A stretch of DNA of 64,000 nt. It comes from an uncultured Alphaproteobacteria bacterium. Lineage in GTDB: Bacteria; Pseudomonadota; Alphaproteobacteria; Rhizobiales; Rhizobiaceae. Position 1 is the first letter of the stretch. Every line of letters starts with the position of its first letter. The translations under genes were made by a program, and so were the position numbers. Under the pieces are notes generated by a model. It was not told the origin of the DNA. It did no database searches and saw nothing but the letters and a program-made list of their open reading frames with translations. The DNA is taken from assembly GCA_963829135.1 (NCBI GenBank), contig CAWHHO010000006.1, positions 47,984 through 111,983 of the forward strand, given 5' to 3'. Shown piece by piece: positions 61,732 to 64,000 of this stretch.

Positions 61732-62103
61732 ATGAGCCACTATTTTGTCCCGAGATGCGACGCTGAAGTCCCGTGAGATGCGTCTTCGTCATGACGAAGG
61801 CGGAGTTGAAACTTCTGGTATGAACTGCGGACCGACAGGTCTGATGGGTTTGCCGTTTCGGCGTCAGAGCCCGATTCGGGCCTTACATCGTTGATTTTGT
61901 CTGTCCCGCGGCGAAACTGATCGTCGAAGTTGATGGCTACGCAACACGAGTTGAAGCTGGGAAGCCAAGGATGCCGATCAGACGACGCCAAATTGACGCG
62001 AGCTCGGCTGGACCATCTTGCGCTTCTGGAACGAACCCGACGTTGCATCCAACGCCTGGTATGCAGCGCAGGTGTTTGCCGGCAGATCGCATAGAGGCCG
62101 TGA
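61732..62103 (+). pseudogene. DUF559 (Vsr-like PD-(D/E)XK) endonuclease with many indels
   Basis: Manual translation over frames: MTKAELKL.WYELR, FRRQSPI, GPYIVDFVCPAAKLIVEVDG, QH, LGWTILRFWN. Confidence 0.8.
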
Positions 62104-62191
62104 TGATGACCCCACCCGGACGCTTAGCGGCCACCCGCGCCTCAAGGGCGATGACGGACGACTGCCAGACGAAAACAAGGAGCTCCACCAA

Positions 62192-62583
62192 TGATCGACC
62201 ATCTCGGCATCAACGTTGCGGATTTCGAAAAATCCAAGGCATTCTACGACAAGGCGATGGCGCCGTTGGGCGCTTCCCTGCTTGCGGTTATTCCCAAGGA
62301 GTTCACCGGTGGTGCCAATATCGGTGGCTACGGCCGCGAGCGCCCGACCTTCTGGCTGGCTGACCGCGGGGAGCCGGTGAAGACCCACGTCGCCTTTACC
62401 GCGCGCAGCCGCGCCGAGGTCGATGCATTTCACGCTGCGGGCCTGGCGGCGGGCGGCCAGGACAATGGCGGACCGGGCCTTCGCCCGCACTACCATCCGA
62501 ACTACTACGGCGCCTTCGTTTTTGATCCGGATGGCAACAATGTCGAGGCGGTATGCCATGAGTTCGAACCGCCGAAGGGCTGA
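62192..62583 (+). CDS. VOC/glyoxalase family protein
   Basis: MIDHLGI.V.D, HVAF.A, DNGGPG.RPHYH.NYYGAFV.DPDGNN.EAV. Confidence 0.92.
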
Positions 62584-62604
62584 GAAGGCACCGAGGGAGG
62601 AACC

Positions 62605-63096
62605 ATGAGCCTCGACAACGCCCCGCTTTATTCCGGCGGCTGCCAATGCGGCGCGGTGCGCTTCCGCGTCGAGGGAGCGCTGGGCGACGCTTCGGTCTGC
62701 CATTGCCGGATGTGCCAGAAGGCGAACGGTTCGTTCTACATGCCGTTGGTGTCAGTCAACCCGGCGAAGCTTATCTGGACGCGGGGAGAGCCGAAGAGGT
62801 TCCCATCGTCCAACTTCGCGCTCAGGGGTTTCTGCGGCGAATGCGGCACACCGTTGACCTACGAGGCGCCGGACGGCATCGGGTTGGCAATCGGCGCTTT
62901 TGACAAACCGGAAGAGATCGCCCCGACCATACAATGGGGCATCGAGGCGAAATTGCCTTATGCCGACGGCATTCCAGACCTGCCTGGGGAGGCGACCCTG
63001 GACGATCCCGAGGCCGCCAGCTTCGTTCATGAGATCGTTTCGTACCAGCATCCCGACTATGACACGGATCAATGGCCTCCGGAGGACCGGAAATGA
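62605..63096 (+). CDS. GFA family protein 1
   Basis: GGCQCGAVR, CHCRMCQK, FC..CG. Confidence 0.92.
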   Translation: MSLDNAPLYSGGCQCGAVRFRVEGALGDASVCHCRMCQKANGSFYMPLVSVNPAKLIWTRGEPKRFPSSNFALRGFCGECGTPLTYEAPDGIGLAIGAFDKPEEIAPTIQWGIEAKLPYADGIPDLPGEATLDDPEAASFVHEIVSYQHPDYDTDQWPPEDRK

Positions 63097-63584
63097 CGGA
63101 ACGGGCTACGGGCGGATGCCAATGCGGCGCGGTGCGCTATGCGTGCTCGGTTCTACCCGAAAGCGCGCATATCTGCCACTGTCGCATGTGCCAGAAGGCG
63201 GTCGGCAATTTCTTCGCTGCTCTCGTCGGCGCGCCGAAGGCTGATTTCGCCTGGACGCGCGGAACAGCCTCTGTGTTCCGCAGCTCCGACCATATCGAAC
63301 GCGGTTTTTGCTCGGCTTGCGGCACGCCGCTGTTTTATCATGACGTGAAGGGCGGACATATCAGCCTTACCATCGGCTCGCTCGACCATCCCGACCGGCT
63401 GAGGCCGCAATCGCAAAATGGCATCGAAGGCCGCATGCCGTGGTTCGCCGAGTTGACATCGGTACCCGATCTCGGACGGACCGAGGACGGCGATGCAGCA
63501 GCGTGGGCAGCCGCCATCAAAGTGACAAACCGGCAGCATCCGGATCACGATACTGAACAGTGGCCGTTGGAGGCGAAGTCATGA
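63093..63584 (+). CDS. GFA family protein 2
   Basis: Same Cys motifs; ATGA overlap with the previous gene. Confidence 0.92.
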   Translation: MTERATGGCQCGAVRYACSVLPESAHICHCRMCQKAVGNFFAALVGAPKADFAWTRGTASVFRSSDHIERGFCSACGTPLFYHDVKGGHISLTIGSLDHPDRLRPQSQNGIEGRMPWFAELTSVPDLGRTEDGDAAAWAAAIKVTNRQHPDHDTEQWPLEAKS

Positions 63585-64000
63585 CCGAAACTGTACGAAC
63601 CGGTGGCTGCCAGTGCGGCGCCGTGCGTTTCCGCATTCATGGTGCACTCGGCCGCCCCTCCATTTGCCATTGCCGCATGTGCCAGAAGCAATTCGGCTCG
63701 TTCTTCTCGGCGCTGGTGACAGCGCCCAAGGAGGGCGTTGAGTGGATTCGCGAAGAGCCGAGCTACTACCAGTCCTCAGTCAACGTCGAGCGCGGCTTCT
63801 GCCAGCGTTGCGGCACCCCGATGACCTATCGCCATTCCAGCGGGCTGGAGATCGCAATTGGAGCCTTCGATGACCGATCCGACCTTCTCCCGCAAATCCA
63901 GGTGAACTACAAATCGCGGTTACCTTGGGTGGAGAAAATTTTCGAGGCCGAAATCCATGAGGATGCCGGCTTCTATTCGCGACAAGAATTGATCATTTCG
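63581..64000 (+). CDS. GFA family protein 3 (runs off window)
   Basis: MTETVRTGGCQCGAVRF, CHCRMCQK, RGFCQRCG; ATGA overlap. Confidence 0.9.
   Translation, partial: MTETVRTGGCQCGAVRFRIHGALGRPSICHCRMCQKQFGSFFSALVTAPKEGVEWIREEPSYYQSSVNVERGFCQRCGTPMTYRHSSGLEIAIGAFDDRSDLLPQIQVNYKSRLPWVEKIFEAEIHEDAGFYSRQELIIS

Noticed and set aside
1-64000. CRISPR array, rRNA, tmRNA near smpB, integron integrase
   Set aside because: No regularly spaced repeat-spacer series, rRNA-like sequence, tmRNA ends or tyrosine recombinase motifs recognised

Overview
Alphaproteobacterial chromosome segment; gene content and order point to Rhizobiales (Mesorhizobium/Aminobacter-like). It has two parts. (1) 1-28.6 kb is an accessory mosaic abutting the 3' end of tRNA-Ser(GCT). 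It holds sugar ABC transporter genes, a flavin monooxygenase, IS1182 and IS21 remnants, an autotransporter, TetR and LysR units, an adenylate cyclase, cspA and three ATP-dependent DNA ligase genes (ligD plus a ~1.2 kb inverted duplication). Many small genes there are preceded by GGAAC-N16/17-xGTT-like (sigma-EcfG-type) promoters, and one such promoter precedes a candidate sRNA. (2) 28.8-64 kb is core genome: porin, lytic transglycosylase, dapA, smpB, NYN, rpoZ, relA/spoT, pyrE, acpS, lepB, rnc, era, recO, ECF sigma/anti-sigma, RimK-like ligase, ygfZ, pyrC, SRAP, cysS, VOC and three GFA genes. Single-base frameshifts also hit essential genes, so many are probably consensus errors. Best leads: a Cys-containing leader peptide with mutually exclusive RNA pairings upstream of cysS (candidate attenuator); a DUF559 nuclease bounded by palindromes that also occur as an empty ~150 bp element, next to a scrambled cysS 3' segment; and ~64 bp imperfect inverted-repeat units separating single genes in a cassette-like run, one split by IS1182. 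All family assignments come from motif recognition by eye; no searches were run.
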